64,000 nucleotides of DNA from an uncultured bacterium (GTDB lineage: Bacteria; Oederibacteriota; Muellerivitia; Muellerivitales; Muellerivitaceae). The translations under genes and the position numbers were made by a program. The DNA lies in NCBI GenBank assembly GCA_964624625.1, contig CAZUXW010000005.1, positions 4,681-68,680 on the forward strand, in the 5' to 3' direction. The notes below the pieces were generated by a model. That model was not told the DNA's origin. It saw nothing but the letters and a program-made list of their open reading frames with translations, and did no database searches. Shown here one piece after another: positions 1 through 8,704 of this stretch. The stretch's first letter is position 1. Each line of letters opens with the position of its first letter.

Positions 1-1
1 C

Positions 2-3000
2 TTGAATCGTTCTTCAAAACTTGGTTTATTGTTATTCCTTTCCCTGCCTTGGCCGGTTCTCGCGGCCGTGACTCCCGATATCCAGGTGGACCAAACCGGG
101 TATGTTTCCACCGAGGCGAAGCTCGCGATGGTCACCAATTCCTCGGCCACCGGAGCCTTTTCAGTCCGGCAGGTTTCCGGTGGGGCGACTGTTTTTTCAG
201 GGACCTTGACCGCTGGGGTTTTGGACAATAACTCGGGGTTGACCATTCAACGGGCCGATTTCTCGTCGGTGACCGCCAGCGGCGACTATTACCTGGACGT
301 GGCAGGTCTGGGACAGAGCTATAACTTCTCGATTGATCCCAATGTTTTTGCCAAGGCCTTTTACCTGGCCACCCGATTTTATTACGGCCAGCGCTGCGGC
401 ACGGCGGTGGATTTGGCTCCCTCTTTCCCAGGCTATACCCATGGGGCTTGCCACACGGCGGACGGGACCTTTCACGCTTCCTCAGGGGTCACCGGAACCA
501 AGACCGCCACGAAGGGATGGCACGACGCGGGGGATTATGGAAAATACGTCGTCAACTCCGGGATTTCCACGGGGGAGTTGCTTTGGACTTATGAGTGGTT
601 CGCCAATCGGATCGGGACCGTCAATCTCCAAATACCGGAATCGGGAAACGGGACGCCGGATCTATTGAACGAGGCCCGGTGGAACCTGGAGTGGATGAGG
701 ACCATGCAGGACACGGACGGAGGAGTGTGGCATAAAGTCTCCACCGCCGCCTTCGACATTTTTGAGATGCCGGAAGTGGACAGCGCTGGAACCAGGTATA
801 TTATCGGCAAGGGCGCCGCGCCCTATAAGACCACTGCCGCCAGCGCGGATTTCGCCGCCGTGATGGCGATCGCGGCCAGGCTCTATCAACCCTATGACGC
901 CGCTTTTTCGGCGGCTTGCTCCCAGGCGGCGGTCACGGCCTGGGGATGGGTGCAGTTGAATCCCAATGTGACCTTTACGGCCAATCCCGCGGGGATTTCC
1001 ACCGGAACCTATGGCGACGGCACCGTGACCGACGAAAGGCTTTGGGCTTCGGCGGAGCTGTTCCGGACCACCGGGGGTGCCGCTTACAACACCTACTTCA
1101 CCGCAAACGCGGGGACATCGCCTTTGATCTCAACCACCGGCTACCCCCAGGATTGGGCCACGGTGAAAAACCTGGCTTTGTGGAGCTATTACTTTTCCTA
1201 CCTTTCGGGAAGGACGCCCTCGGCGGCGGTTTCCACGGCGATCCGGACGGACACCCTCGCGGCAGCCAACGCGGTCACGGTCCGCCAGGCTTCCGACGGC
1301 TATAGGGTCAGTTTATCCACCGCCCATTACATCTGGGGATCCAACGGGGGAGTGGGCAATTTCGGCGTCATGCTGTTAATGGCTAACGCCATGAGTCCGA
1401 GCAATAACTATGTTCAGGCGGTGTTGGACGATATCCATTATTTATTGGGCCGCAACGGCAACAAAATTTCCTTTGTCACCCGTTTGGGGACAACCTTCCC
1501 CCTTCATCCCCACCATCGGCCCAGCGGGTCGGATGCCAACACCCTGCCCTGGCCAGGAATGCTGGTCGGGGGCCCCAATCAAAGCACTTCCGGGGACGGG
1601 ATTACTCCCACTTCGCCTGGAACCAAGCCTGCCTTATGTTACGCCGATATCCAGGGCGCTTATGGTTCCAATGAGGAGGCCATCAATTGGAACGCCCCTT
1701 TGGTTTTTATCCTGGCCGCCAACGTGCCAGTGCCAGGGACGCCCACTCCCACACCCACGTTTTTTTTTACCATGACTCCGACCGTTACGGCCACTGGCAC
1801 CAAAACCGCGACCGCGACCCCCAGCCGGACCGCCACTCCGACCGCAAGCCCGACTCCAACCCTGAGCCCCAGTAACACGGCGACGAGGACGGCGACCCTT
1901 AGCCCTACCGTGACCTCCTCCAACAGTCCGACGAAAACCGCGACCTTTCCGCCGACAGGAACTCCTTCCTCCACCGCGACGTTAACCGCTTCCCGGACTC
2001 CTTCCTCCACGCCGTCCCCAACCGGGACTCCATCGTCCACTCCCTCAAGCTCGCCCACTTCCACCCCATCCAGGACGGCTTCCCCCACCGCCACCAACAG
2101 CCCTTCGCCGTCCCTCACCACCACGCCTACGAAAAGCCCAACCGCAACGGCATCCTTTTCTGTCACGGCCACCTTAACCTCGACGCCAACCCTTAGCGCC
2201 ACAGGAACTGCTTCCCGGACCCCCACCTCCAGCCCAACTCCGACGCCTTCACCAACGACATCGGTGACGCCAACCCCCACGGACACTCCCCTTATTACGG
2301 ATACTCCTTCCAACACGCCGACCAAGACCCTTACCTTCACTCCTTCTCCCTCCGCCACAAGGAGCCCCACCCCCACGGCAACGAATAGTCCCACGGCTTC
2401 ACCAACCAGCACCTCTTCGGACAGCCCTACTCAAACCCCCGCGGCGACCCTCACTCCGACATTAACTTCCACCAAGACCGCCAGCGTTTCGCCCACTTCC
2501 AGCCCCACCTTGACCCCCAGTTCCACTCCTTCCACCAGCCCCACTCACAGTCCCACGCCATCCGCGACGAAAACGGCCAGCCTCACACCAACCCCCACCG
2601 CGACTCGGACTCCCAGCTTGTCTCCGACCTCAACGCCTTCCGACAGTCCAACTTCCTCTCCCGTGAGCACCCCAAGCCAAACAGCCACCTGGTCCCCGAC
2701 CACAACCTTTACTCAAACCCCCACCCCCACACCTTCGAACCCTCCCACTTTTACCCCTACTGTTTTTTCGTCCGGCGTCAGCTTCTCGCCGGCTTATCCC
2801 AATCCTTCCAAGGATGGATCGCCGGTAGTGGTCGACATTAGGGCGCCTGGACCAGCGGTCATCCATTGGGCCGTCTTTACCACGGCCTTCCGTAAAATCA
2901 ACAAGGGGGATTTGGCGATGACGGACCTTGGCCTCTTCCGTTGGGACTTGACCGATAAGCGGGGGGATCCGGCTGCCAGGGGCATTTATTACATCCGCCT

Positions 3001-3058
3001 TGAAGTGTCGGGTCCTTTCGGGAAAGCCTCGAAAATCGTGAAGGTTTTGGTCCTGTAA
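2..3058 (+). CDS. Secreted glycoside hydrolase family 9 endoglucanase: N-terminal signal peptide, CelD_N Ig-like domain, GH9 catalytic domain, ~345-aa Pro/Thr/Ser linker, ~90-aa C-terminal FlgD-Ig / T9SS-type-A-like sorting domain. May start at the TTG at position 2 or upstream of the window.
   Basis: Signal-peptide-like LGLLLFLSLPWPVLAAV at the very start. GH9 signatures RFYYGQRCG and GWHDAGDYGKY. Linker of P/T/S repeats. C-terminal YPNPS...[13 protein letters not shown]...WDLTDKRGDPAARGIYYIRLEV...KIVKVLVL matches the Por_Secre_tail/FlgD_ig pattern. Confidence 0.8.
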   Translation: MNRSSKLGLLLFLSLPWPVLAAVTPDIQVDQTGYVSTEAKLAMVTNSSATGAFSVRQVSGGATVFSGTLTAGVLDNNSGLTIQRADFSSVTASGDYYLDVAGLGQSYNFSIDPNVFAKAFYLATRFYYGQRCGTAVDLAPSFPGYTHGACHTADGTFHASSGVTGTKTATKGWHDAGDYGKYVVNSGISTGELLWTYEWFANRIGTVNLQIPESGNGTPDLLNEARWNLEWMRTMQDTDGGVWHKVSTAAFDIFEMPEVDSAGTRYIIGKGAAPYKTTAASADFAAVMAIAARLYQPYDAAFSAACSQAAVTAWGWVQLNPNVTFTANPAGISTGTYGDGTVTDERLWASAELFRTTGGAAYNTYFTANAGTSPLISTTGYPQDWATVKNLALWSYYFSYLSGRTPSAAVSTAIRTDTLAAANAVTVRQASDGYRVSLSTAHYIWGSNGGVGNFGVMLLMANAMSPSNNYVQAVLDDIHYLLGRNGNKISFVTRLGTTFPLHPHHRPSGSDANTLPWPGMLVGGPNQSTSGDGITPTSPGTKPALCYADIQGAYGSNEEAINWNAPLVFILAANVPVPGTPTPTPTFFFTMTPTVTATGTKTATATPSRTATPTASPTPTLSPSNTATRTATLSPTVTSSNSPTKTATFPPTGTPSSTATLTASRTPSSTPSPTGTPSSTPSSSPTSTPSRTASPTATNSPSPSLTTTPTKSPTATASFSVTATLTSTPTLSATGTASRTPTSSPTPTPSPTTSVTPTPTDTPLITDTPSNTPTKTLTFTPSPSATRSPTPTATNSPTASPTSTSSDSPTQTPAATLTPTLTSTKTASVSPTSSPTLTPSSTPSTSPTHSPTPSATKTASLTPTPTATRTPSLSPTSTPSDSPTSSPVSTPSQTATWSPTTTFTQTPTPTPSNPPTFTPTVFSSGVSFSPAYPNPSKDGSPVVVDIRAPGPAVIHWAVFTTAFRKINKGDLAMTDLGLFRWDLTDKRGDPAARGIYYIRLEVSGPFGKASKIVKVLVL
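1733..2770 (+). repeat. Low-complexity Pro/Thr/Ser-rich linker-coding region (imperfect ACC/CCN/TCN codon repeats) inside the GH9 gene
   Basis: Translation is almost only P, T, S, A over ~345 aa. The antisense frame yields spurious V/G-rich ORFs (1660..2412 -). Confidence 0.7.
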
Positions 3059-3168
3059 GGTCGGTTCGCGTTTATTCCGGTTTTTTCCATCCGGTTTTCA
3101 TTTTCATTGGGACAGTGGCGGGGTTATGATGAACCCAATCTTTGACAAACCTCAAGGCGGAGGGCCTG

Positions 3169-3648
3169 ATGACGATCCGAAAAGAATCCAAAGTCTCCAA
3201 TTTCCTCAAGGAAGTAAACCTGTTTGAGGGGCTTGATAATAAAGTCATCAACCAAATTTTCCGGCTTGGAATCGTGCAAAACTTTAAAAAAGGCGACATG
3301 ATCATCCGGGAAGGGGAACAGGGCGGCAGTTTCCACATCCTCATCAACGGCAAGGCGGAAGTGACCAAATCCTCCAAGGCGAAGGGCTCCCAGAAAAAAT
3401 CCTTGGCGAGAATTTCCAGGGGATCCACTTTCGGGGAAATGAGCGTTTTTGACGGAGCCCCCTATTCGGCCTCGGTCAGGGCGGTCGAGGATTGCGACGT
3501 CCACATTATCCGCGGGACGGACCTCAAGAAGTTTTTCGAGGAAAATCCCCGCGAGGGCGTGGTGATCCTGATGACCTTGATGACCTCGATTTCCAACAGG
3601 CTCCGCCGCGCGAATTTGGCCTTGTCGGTCATGGATAAAAGCCGTTAA
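3169..3648 (+). CDS. Stand-alone cyclic-nucleotide-binding (cNMP, Crp-like effector) domain protein, no DNA-binding domain
   Basis: FGEMSVFDGAPYSASVRAVEDCDV-type cNMP-binding motif. ATG at 3169 preceded by GGCGGAGGG; the ORF could extend to the TTG at 3142. Confidence 0.6.
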   Translation: MTIRKESKVSNFLKEVNLFEGLDNKVINQIFRLGIVQNFKKGDMIIREGEQGGSFHILINGKAEVTKSSKAKGSQKKSLARISRGSTFGEMSVFDGAPYSASVRAVEDCDVHIIRGTDLKKFFEENPREGVVILMTLMTSISNRLRRANLALSVMDKSR

Positions 3649-3657
3649 GAGGCGATT

Positions 3658-4179
3658 GTGTCTTCCACCCTCCAAACCCAAATAGGAAACCTTCTCGTCC
3701 GCAAGGCGAGTTCCGCGGAAAAGGCGGTTGTTTTGGGGATTAAACAGGATGCCGCGCGCTGGCTGGAAGCCAAGGGCATCCACCAATGGGCCGGAATCCT
3801 CATGGCCCAGGGTGAGGATTTTGTCCACAAGCCGGTTCAGGAAGGGGAGTCCTATTTGCTCTTCCAGGGTGACCATCCGATTGGAACCATCACGATCACC
3901 TGGGAGGATTCGGTGAGCTGGGGTGAAAAGGGAAAGGATGGGAAGGCGGGCTATCTCCATGGAATGGCGGTTTTAAGGAAATACGCCGGTAAGGAAATCG
4001 GCAAACAGCTGCTGGACTGGGCGATGGGCGTCATCCGGGCCAAGGGAAAAACCGTCCGGCTGGACTGCATGGCCGAAAATCCCAGGATCAACCGCTACTA
4101 TAGGGATATGGCCTTTGAGTCCAAGGGACAAGCCACGCTCCCCAGCGGCTTTAAGGTCAGCTTGTACGAGAAGGCCTGA
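3658..4179 (+). CDS. GNAT family N-acetyltransferase
   Basis: Acetyl-CoA-binding-like motif in ...GYLHGMAVLRKYAGKEIGKQLLDWAM... GTG start. Confidence 0.6.
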   Translation: MSSTLQTQIGNLLVRKASSAEKAVVLGIKQDAARWLEAKGIHQWAGILMAQGEDFVHKPVQEGESYLLFQGDHPIGTITITWEDSVSWGEKGKDGKAGYLHGMAVLRKYAGKEIGKQLLDWAMGVIRAKGKTVRLDCMAENPRINRYYRDMAFESKGQATLPSGFKVSLYEKA

Positions 4180-4288
4180 CCAGGGCCCCGTCACTGGCCC
4201 CTTTTCCCCGGTTTTCCAGTGAAACTTTTCGGCCTCCGCCCCCGTCCAAAAAGCGTCGGTTGAATTTACTCAATTAAGGAGAAGGACC

Positions 4289-4618
4289 ATGAGAAAAACC
4301 TTGGCGGTTTTAACAGCGTTGTTCGTGGCTGGTTCGGTGGGATTCACTTTCGCCCAGGACGTGAACGGCAATAATCCGGCGATGAGCCCGAAGGCTCGGT
4401 TGGAGCGGCAGCATGACCGGGTTCAGGAGGGGGTCCAAAACGGGTCGATCAGCAAGAAGGAACACCGCAAATTGGCCCGGCAAGGCCGCCACATTAACCG
4501 GGAGCGCAGAAGGGACCTGCGAAAAGACGGCGGTAAATTGACGAACGAGGATAGGGCCAAGCTGGAGCGCCAGGAAAATAGGCGGTCCGGGGAGATTTAT
4601 CAGGACAAGCATAATTAA
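4289..4618 (+). CDS. Small secreted highly charged (R/E/K-rich) hypothetical protein
   Basis: Signal peptide MRKTLAVLTALFVAGSVGFTFAQD. AAGGAGAAGG RBS 6 nt upstream of the ATG. Confidence 0.5.
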   Translation: MRKTLAVLTALFVAGSVGFTFAQDVNGNNPAMSPKARLERQHDRVQEGVQNGSISKKEHRKLARQGRHINRERRRDLRKDGGKLTNEDRAKLERQENRRSGEIYQDKHN

Positions 4619-4638
4619 AAAAGGAAGCTTGATTTTTA

Positions 4639-4676
4639 AAGGGCGGGACTCCAAAGTCCCGCCCTTTTTTTATTTT
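4639..4676. terminator. Bidirectional Rho-independent terminator between convergent genes
   Basis: GGGCGGGAC-tccaaa-GTCCCGCCC stem-loop (4641-4664) followed by TTTTTTT. The complementary strand is also followed by a T/A-rich tract. Confidence 0.65.
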
Positions 4677-4763
4677 TAAAATTGCCCTATCCCTTTGCGG
4701 GAGAGGGAAGTCTTAAAGGTCGAGGGACGCGATCAACAGATCCCCTGCGTTGATTCCGGAACA

Positions 4764-5513
4764 TTACTTCACGAAAACAATATCATCCACCCTCAGGTCG
4801 TAATCCGCCTCGTGGAGTTCCGGAGAAAAGGCCATGTTTTTCACATCGGGAAAGGTGCGGGGATAGGAAGTGCCCCATGTAGGCTGATTGAAACGGTTCA
4901 GGGGAATCTTCACCAGGGTCCATTGCTCAGGGGCGATGAAGTCGGCTTGGAAATCGCAATAGTCCTGCACAACCGCCCTTCTTAAGGTCGTGATGTAATA
5001 TTTTCCATCGCCCTTGGCCGCGAACCAAAGTTCCTTGTAACCGTTCAAGTCCACGGTGCTTCCCTGGCTGTTCAGGTTCGCCTGGAGGTAGGCCCAGGTC
5101 CAAGGAGCCTCGCTGGGGCCCAAGTGGCCCTTCATGCCGGCGCAGAAACCGGGAGAGAGCGGCGACCCGCCCTCCAGCCGCTGGTAGGGATTCGGGAGAA
5201 GAATGGTTCCCATGTTGTTGTGGTCAAACTCAACCGACCAACCGCCGATGCCCGAGGCGGGGGAAGGGCCCTCGAAGTCGTCCAACCTCCAGGAATCCTT
5301 CGGGATTTTCACCGAGTTTTTGCTTTTTATTTCCACCGTGTCGCTCATGCCGAGCTTTTCCCTCAAGTCCTGTATTTCCCGCCTCAGGCGGTAAACTTCC
5401 GCCTTCAACTGGTCGTTGGACCATCCTTTGAGGGACCCTTCCTGGGGGGGGGAGTCGGCCCTCAGAAGGGTCGCGGTAAAAAAAACAGCGAGGAACAGGT
5501 GAAGCCTTTTCAT
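4764..5513 (-). CDS. Secreted protein with coiled-coil segment and C-terminal CIA30-like / carbohydrate-binding beta-sandwich domain
   Basis: Signal peptide MKRLHLFLAVFFTATLLRA. C-terminal ...DYCDFQADFIAPEQWTLVKIPLNRFNQPTWG...DDIVFVK is clearly paralogous to the C-terminus of the GH18 protein (8705..10651). GGGAGG RBS upstream of the ATG at 5513. Confidence 0.55.
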   Translation of the reverse strand: MKRLHLFLAVFFTATLLRADSPPQEGSLKGWSNDQLKAEVYRLRREIQDLREKLGMSDTVEIKSKNSVKIPKDSWRLDDFEGPSPASGIGGWSVEFDHNNMGTILLPNPYQRLEGGSPLSPGFCAGMKGHLGPSEAPWTWAYLQANLNSQGSTVDLNGYKELWFAAKGDGKYYITTLRRAVVQDYCDFQADFIAPEQWTLVKIPLNRFNQPTWGTSYPRTFPDVKNMAFSPELHEADYDLRVDDIVFVK

Positions 5514-5731
5514 AATGCCTCCCGGAAATTAAGGCTCAAACGATAAGACTATTAAACCACCAAGGGCGCCAAGGACGCCAAGAAAAGGGGGGCGATAAGT
5601 ATGATTTGGGCGAAAATGCCGGAAAAAGTTAATTTTTATTTGTCTTTCGGGGTGACCTTGGGGCCCTTGGTGGTTCAAGTGCCCCGGTTAATGCCCTTGT
5701 GGCCCCAGGCAAAAAGGGTTATCCTTTTTTT

Positions 5732-7363
5732 ATGGTCCTTTTCCAAAAAAGGTTTCAAAATTTTTCCTTTTCCCTCCTCGCCCTAATCGCACTGGCTCTG
5801 GGCTCTCCCGGCCTGGCCCAAACCCCAGCCTTGACCTTGGACCAAAAATGCCTCCAGGTTCTCAACCGTTTTACCTTCGGGCCCAAGCCGGGGGATTTGG
5901 AGCTGGTGCGCAAGATGGGGCTGGACGCCTTCCTGAGGGAACAGCTGAATCCGGACATGATCGATGATTCGGCCTGTGAGAAGGACTTGGATCCCTATTC
6001 CACGGTCAAGGAAAGCATCAATTCATTATTGATGGAATATCCCCAGCCGGGAGTCAATATCATGAGGCCGGACCTTCGGAATAAAGCCCTCTCGCCGGCC
6101 CAAAATGAGGAAGCCTACGGCCGTATCTTCAGCATGGTGAATGATTTGGCCGCGGCCAAGTTGACAAGGGCCTTGGTAAGCAGGCGCCAGTTATATGAGG
6201 TGATGGTGGATTTTTGGTTCAACCATTTCAACGTCGCCTTCGACAAGAATGAGGTGGAATGGTGCACCGGGACCTACGAAAGGGAGGTCATCAGGCCCAA
6301 TGCCCTGGGTAATTTCAAGGATCTTTTGATGGCCGTGGCCAAAAGCCCGGCCATGATGGTTTACCTGGATAATAACGACAATTTCGCCGACCCCAACTTC
6401 AAGCCTCTGGCCGATCCCGGCATGACCGGCAAAGGCGGTGGGGCCATGATGATGCAAAGCATGCCGGGCCAGGGCCTGCGCCTCAACGAAAATTACGCCA
6501 GGGAACTATTGGAGCTCCACACCCTGGGGGTGGACGGCGGCTACACCCAAAAGGACGTCGTGGAGACGGCCAGGGTATTCACCGGATGGTCGGTCGGAGG
6601 ACTCCAACCCGATTCGGCGCCGCAGCCCGTGGCCTTCAAGTTCAAGCCCTGGCACCATGACGGCAACCCCAAGTTTATCCTGGGCCATTCCTTCGGGCCC
6701 AACGACGGCGTCAAGGAGGGGGAAGCGGTGTTGGCCATGCTTTCCCGCCGCCCGGAAACAGCCAATAGGATTGCCTTCAAGCTATGCCAGAGGTTCGTGG
6801 CCGACAACCCACCGGCCGCCCTCGTGGAAAGGGTCGCGGCCAAGTTCCTGGAATCGGACTGCGACATCAAGGAAACCCTTCGGGTCATCCTCGATTCGCC
6901 CGAATTTTTCGACCCCCAATATTACCGGGCCAAGGTGAAAACGCCTTTCGAATATGTCGCCAGCGCCATGAGGGCGGTGGACGCGCACCCGGGCGATTGG
7001 AACCCCTCCATCCATGTGCTGGAATCCATGGGCCAGCCCCTTTATCGATGCGAGGCGCCGACCGGTTACCCCCAGACTGCCAACGCCTGGATAAGCTCCG
7101 CCTCGTTGCTGGGACGAACCAATTTCGCGGCAAAACTGTTCGACGCGACGGAGAAGGAGGGGCCGGTCGTAAACCTGGAGCCCTTCGAGAAGGGCGCCGC
7201 GGGGGGAGGCGGGAAGGCCGTTCTTCAAAATGTCTCGAGGATTCTCTTGAACGGCGAAATGTCCCCGAAAACGGAACAGGCGTTGTTGGCGGACCAACCT
7301 TCCCTGGATACCCGCAAATTGGCGGCTTTGGTATTGGCTTCGCCGGATTTTCAGAGGAGATGA
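5732..7363 (+). CDS. DUF1800 family protein (secreted; partner of DUF1501)
   Basis: Signal peptide LLALIALALGSPGLAQ. Large conserved DUF1800-like body. Immediately followed by a DUF1501 gene, the classic pairing. ATG at 5732 with AAAAAGGG RBS; the ORF is open from 5699. Confidence 0.65.
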   Translation: MVLFQKRFQNFSFSLLALIALALGSPGLAQTPALTLDQKCLQVLNRFTFGPKPGDLELVRKMGLDAFLREQLNPDMIDDSACEKDLDPYSTVKESINSLLMEYPQPGVNIMRPDLRNKALSPAQNEEAYGRIFSMVNDLAAAKLTRALVSRRQLYEVMVDFWFNHFNVAFDKNEVEWCTGTYEREVIRPNALGNFKDLLMAVAKSPAMMVYLDNNDNFADPNFKPLADPGMTGKGGGAMMMQSMPGQGLRLNENYARELLELHTLGVDGGYTQKDVVETARVFTGWSVGGLQPDSAPQPVAFKFKPWHHDGNPKFILGHSFGPNDGVKEGEAVLAMLSRRPETANRIAFKLCQRFVADNPPAALVERVAAKFLESDCDIKETLRVILDSPEFFDPQYYRAKVKTPFEYVASAMRAVDAHPGDWNPSIHVLESMGQPLYRCEAPTGYPQTANAWISSASLLGRTNFAAKLFDATEKEGPVVNLEPFEKGAAGGGGKAVLQNVSRILLNGEMSPKTEQALLADQPSLDTRKLAALVLASPDFQRR

Positions 7364-7418
7364 CCCTCCCCCGCCCCTTGGGGGGGAGGGAAGGTTTGCC
7401 AGACCTAAATGACAGGAG

Positions 7419-8651
7419 TTGAGCATGGATCCCCGATACAATCCCAAGTTGTCACGCAGGGACTTTTTTAAAATGACCGGCACCTTGGGCGCGGGACTGG
7501 CCCTTTGGTCCCTGCCGCCCTGGCTGCACGCGGCGGCGAAACTGGCGGCGGGCCCGAACTCGAATTCCAAGACCCTGGTCGTCCTTTTCCAACGGGGAGC
7601 CGCCGACGGTCTCAACACGGTCATTCCTTTCGCTGATCCACTGTACTTGAAAGCCAGGCCGACCATCGGGATCAAGTCCGGCATCCTGGACCTGGACGGC
7701 CGTTTCGGCTTCCATCCCTCACTGGCTCCCCTTTTGCCGTTGTGGAAGGAGGGCCATTTGGCCTTGGTCCACAGCGCCGGATCCCCGGATTCCAGCCGCT
7801 CCCATTTCGACGCGCAAGACTACATGGAAACGGGGACGCCTGGAGTGAAGGGAACCGCGGACGGATGGCTCAACCGGACAGCCGGGTCCTTCCCCAAGGC
7901 TGGACTTGACCCCTTGGCGGCCATCGCCATTTCCGCCAGGCCTCCCAGGATTCTCAGGGGGGAAATCCCCGTGACCTCCATGACCAGCCTGAAGGACTAC
8001 GCCTTCAGCCAGGGGCCCGAGGCGGCCAAGACCTTTGAGGACATGTACTCCGGTTCGGAAGGACTGTTGGGCAAGGCCGGACTCGCCACGGCCGATTCCA
8101 TCAAAAAACTGCAGTCGCTGCTCGGCGCAGCCCGGGGATCTTCCCAGGGGGGTTATGGAAACGGCTATCTAGGCCACGCCCTTTCGGACTTGGCCTCCAT
8201 CCTGAAATCGGGTGCCGGCGTGAAGGTGGCATTCGTGGATATCGGGGGATGGGACCATCACACGGGTGAAAGCTACAGGTTAGGGTCGCTCCTGGAGGAT
8301 TGGGGAAAGGGCCTTTCGGCTTTCTGGAGGGACTTGGGCGATAAGGCGGGGGATGTGGTGGTGGTTTCCATGACGGAGTTTGGGCGAACCGTCGCCGAGA
8401 ACGGGTCCCAAGGCACGGACCACGGCCACGGCAGCGTCATGTTCCTGTTGGGAGGCCCCGTTAAGGGGGGCAGGGTCTATGGCAAGTGGAGCGGGCTGGA
8501 GAGGGAAAATCTGAATGAGGGAAGGGATCTTCCCGTGAACACGGATTTCCGCCAGGTCCTTTGCGAGGCCTTGGGAAAACACCTGGGCGTCAAGAAACAA
8601 TCGGCGATTTTCCCCGGTTTCAGGCCTGGCCCTTCCTTGGGATGGATATAA
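7419..8651 (+). CDS. DUF1501 family (sulfatase-like) protein with twin-arginine (Tat) signal
   Basis: Tat motif SRRDFFKMTGTLGAGLALW. DIGGWDHHTGE motif typical of DUF1501. Confidence 0.75.
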   Translation: MSMDPRYNPKLSRRDFFKMTGTLGAGLALWSLPPWLHAAAKLAAGPNSNSKTLVVLFQRGAADGLNTVIPFADPLYLKARPTIGIKSGILDLDGRFGFHPSLAPLLPLWKEGHLALVHSAGSPDSSRSHFDAQDYMETGTPGVKGTADGWLNRTAGSFPKAGLDPLAAIAISARPPRILRGEIPVTSMTSLKDYAFSQGPEAAKTFEDMYSGSEGLLGKAGLATADSIKKLQSLLGAARGSSQGGYGNGYLGHALSDLASILKSGAGVKVAFVDIGGWDHHTGESYRLGSLLEDWGKGLSAFWRDLGDKAGDVVVVSMTEFGRTVAENGSQGTDHGHGSVMFLLGGPVKGGRVYGKWSGLERENLNEGRDLPVNTDFRQVLCEALGKHLGVKKQSAIFPGFRPGPSLGWI

Positions 8652-8704
8652 AAAAGAGAGGCTTTTATCGGCAGTAAAATATTTCTTATTTTTTTGGGGG
8701 TTTT

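Noticed and set aside
1660-2412. 250-aa minus-strand ORF (V/G/E-rich) and the neighbouring 1410..1775 + and 1687..1875 + ORFs
   Set aside because: Antisense or alternate-frame translation of the PT-linker repeat of the GH9 gene. The low-complexity composition mirrors the sense strand. No start context.
3124-3960. 278-aa minus-strand ORF overlapping the cNMP-binding and GNAT genes
   Set aside because: The sense-strand genes have recognisable domains and RBSs. The antisense ORF has no motif support.
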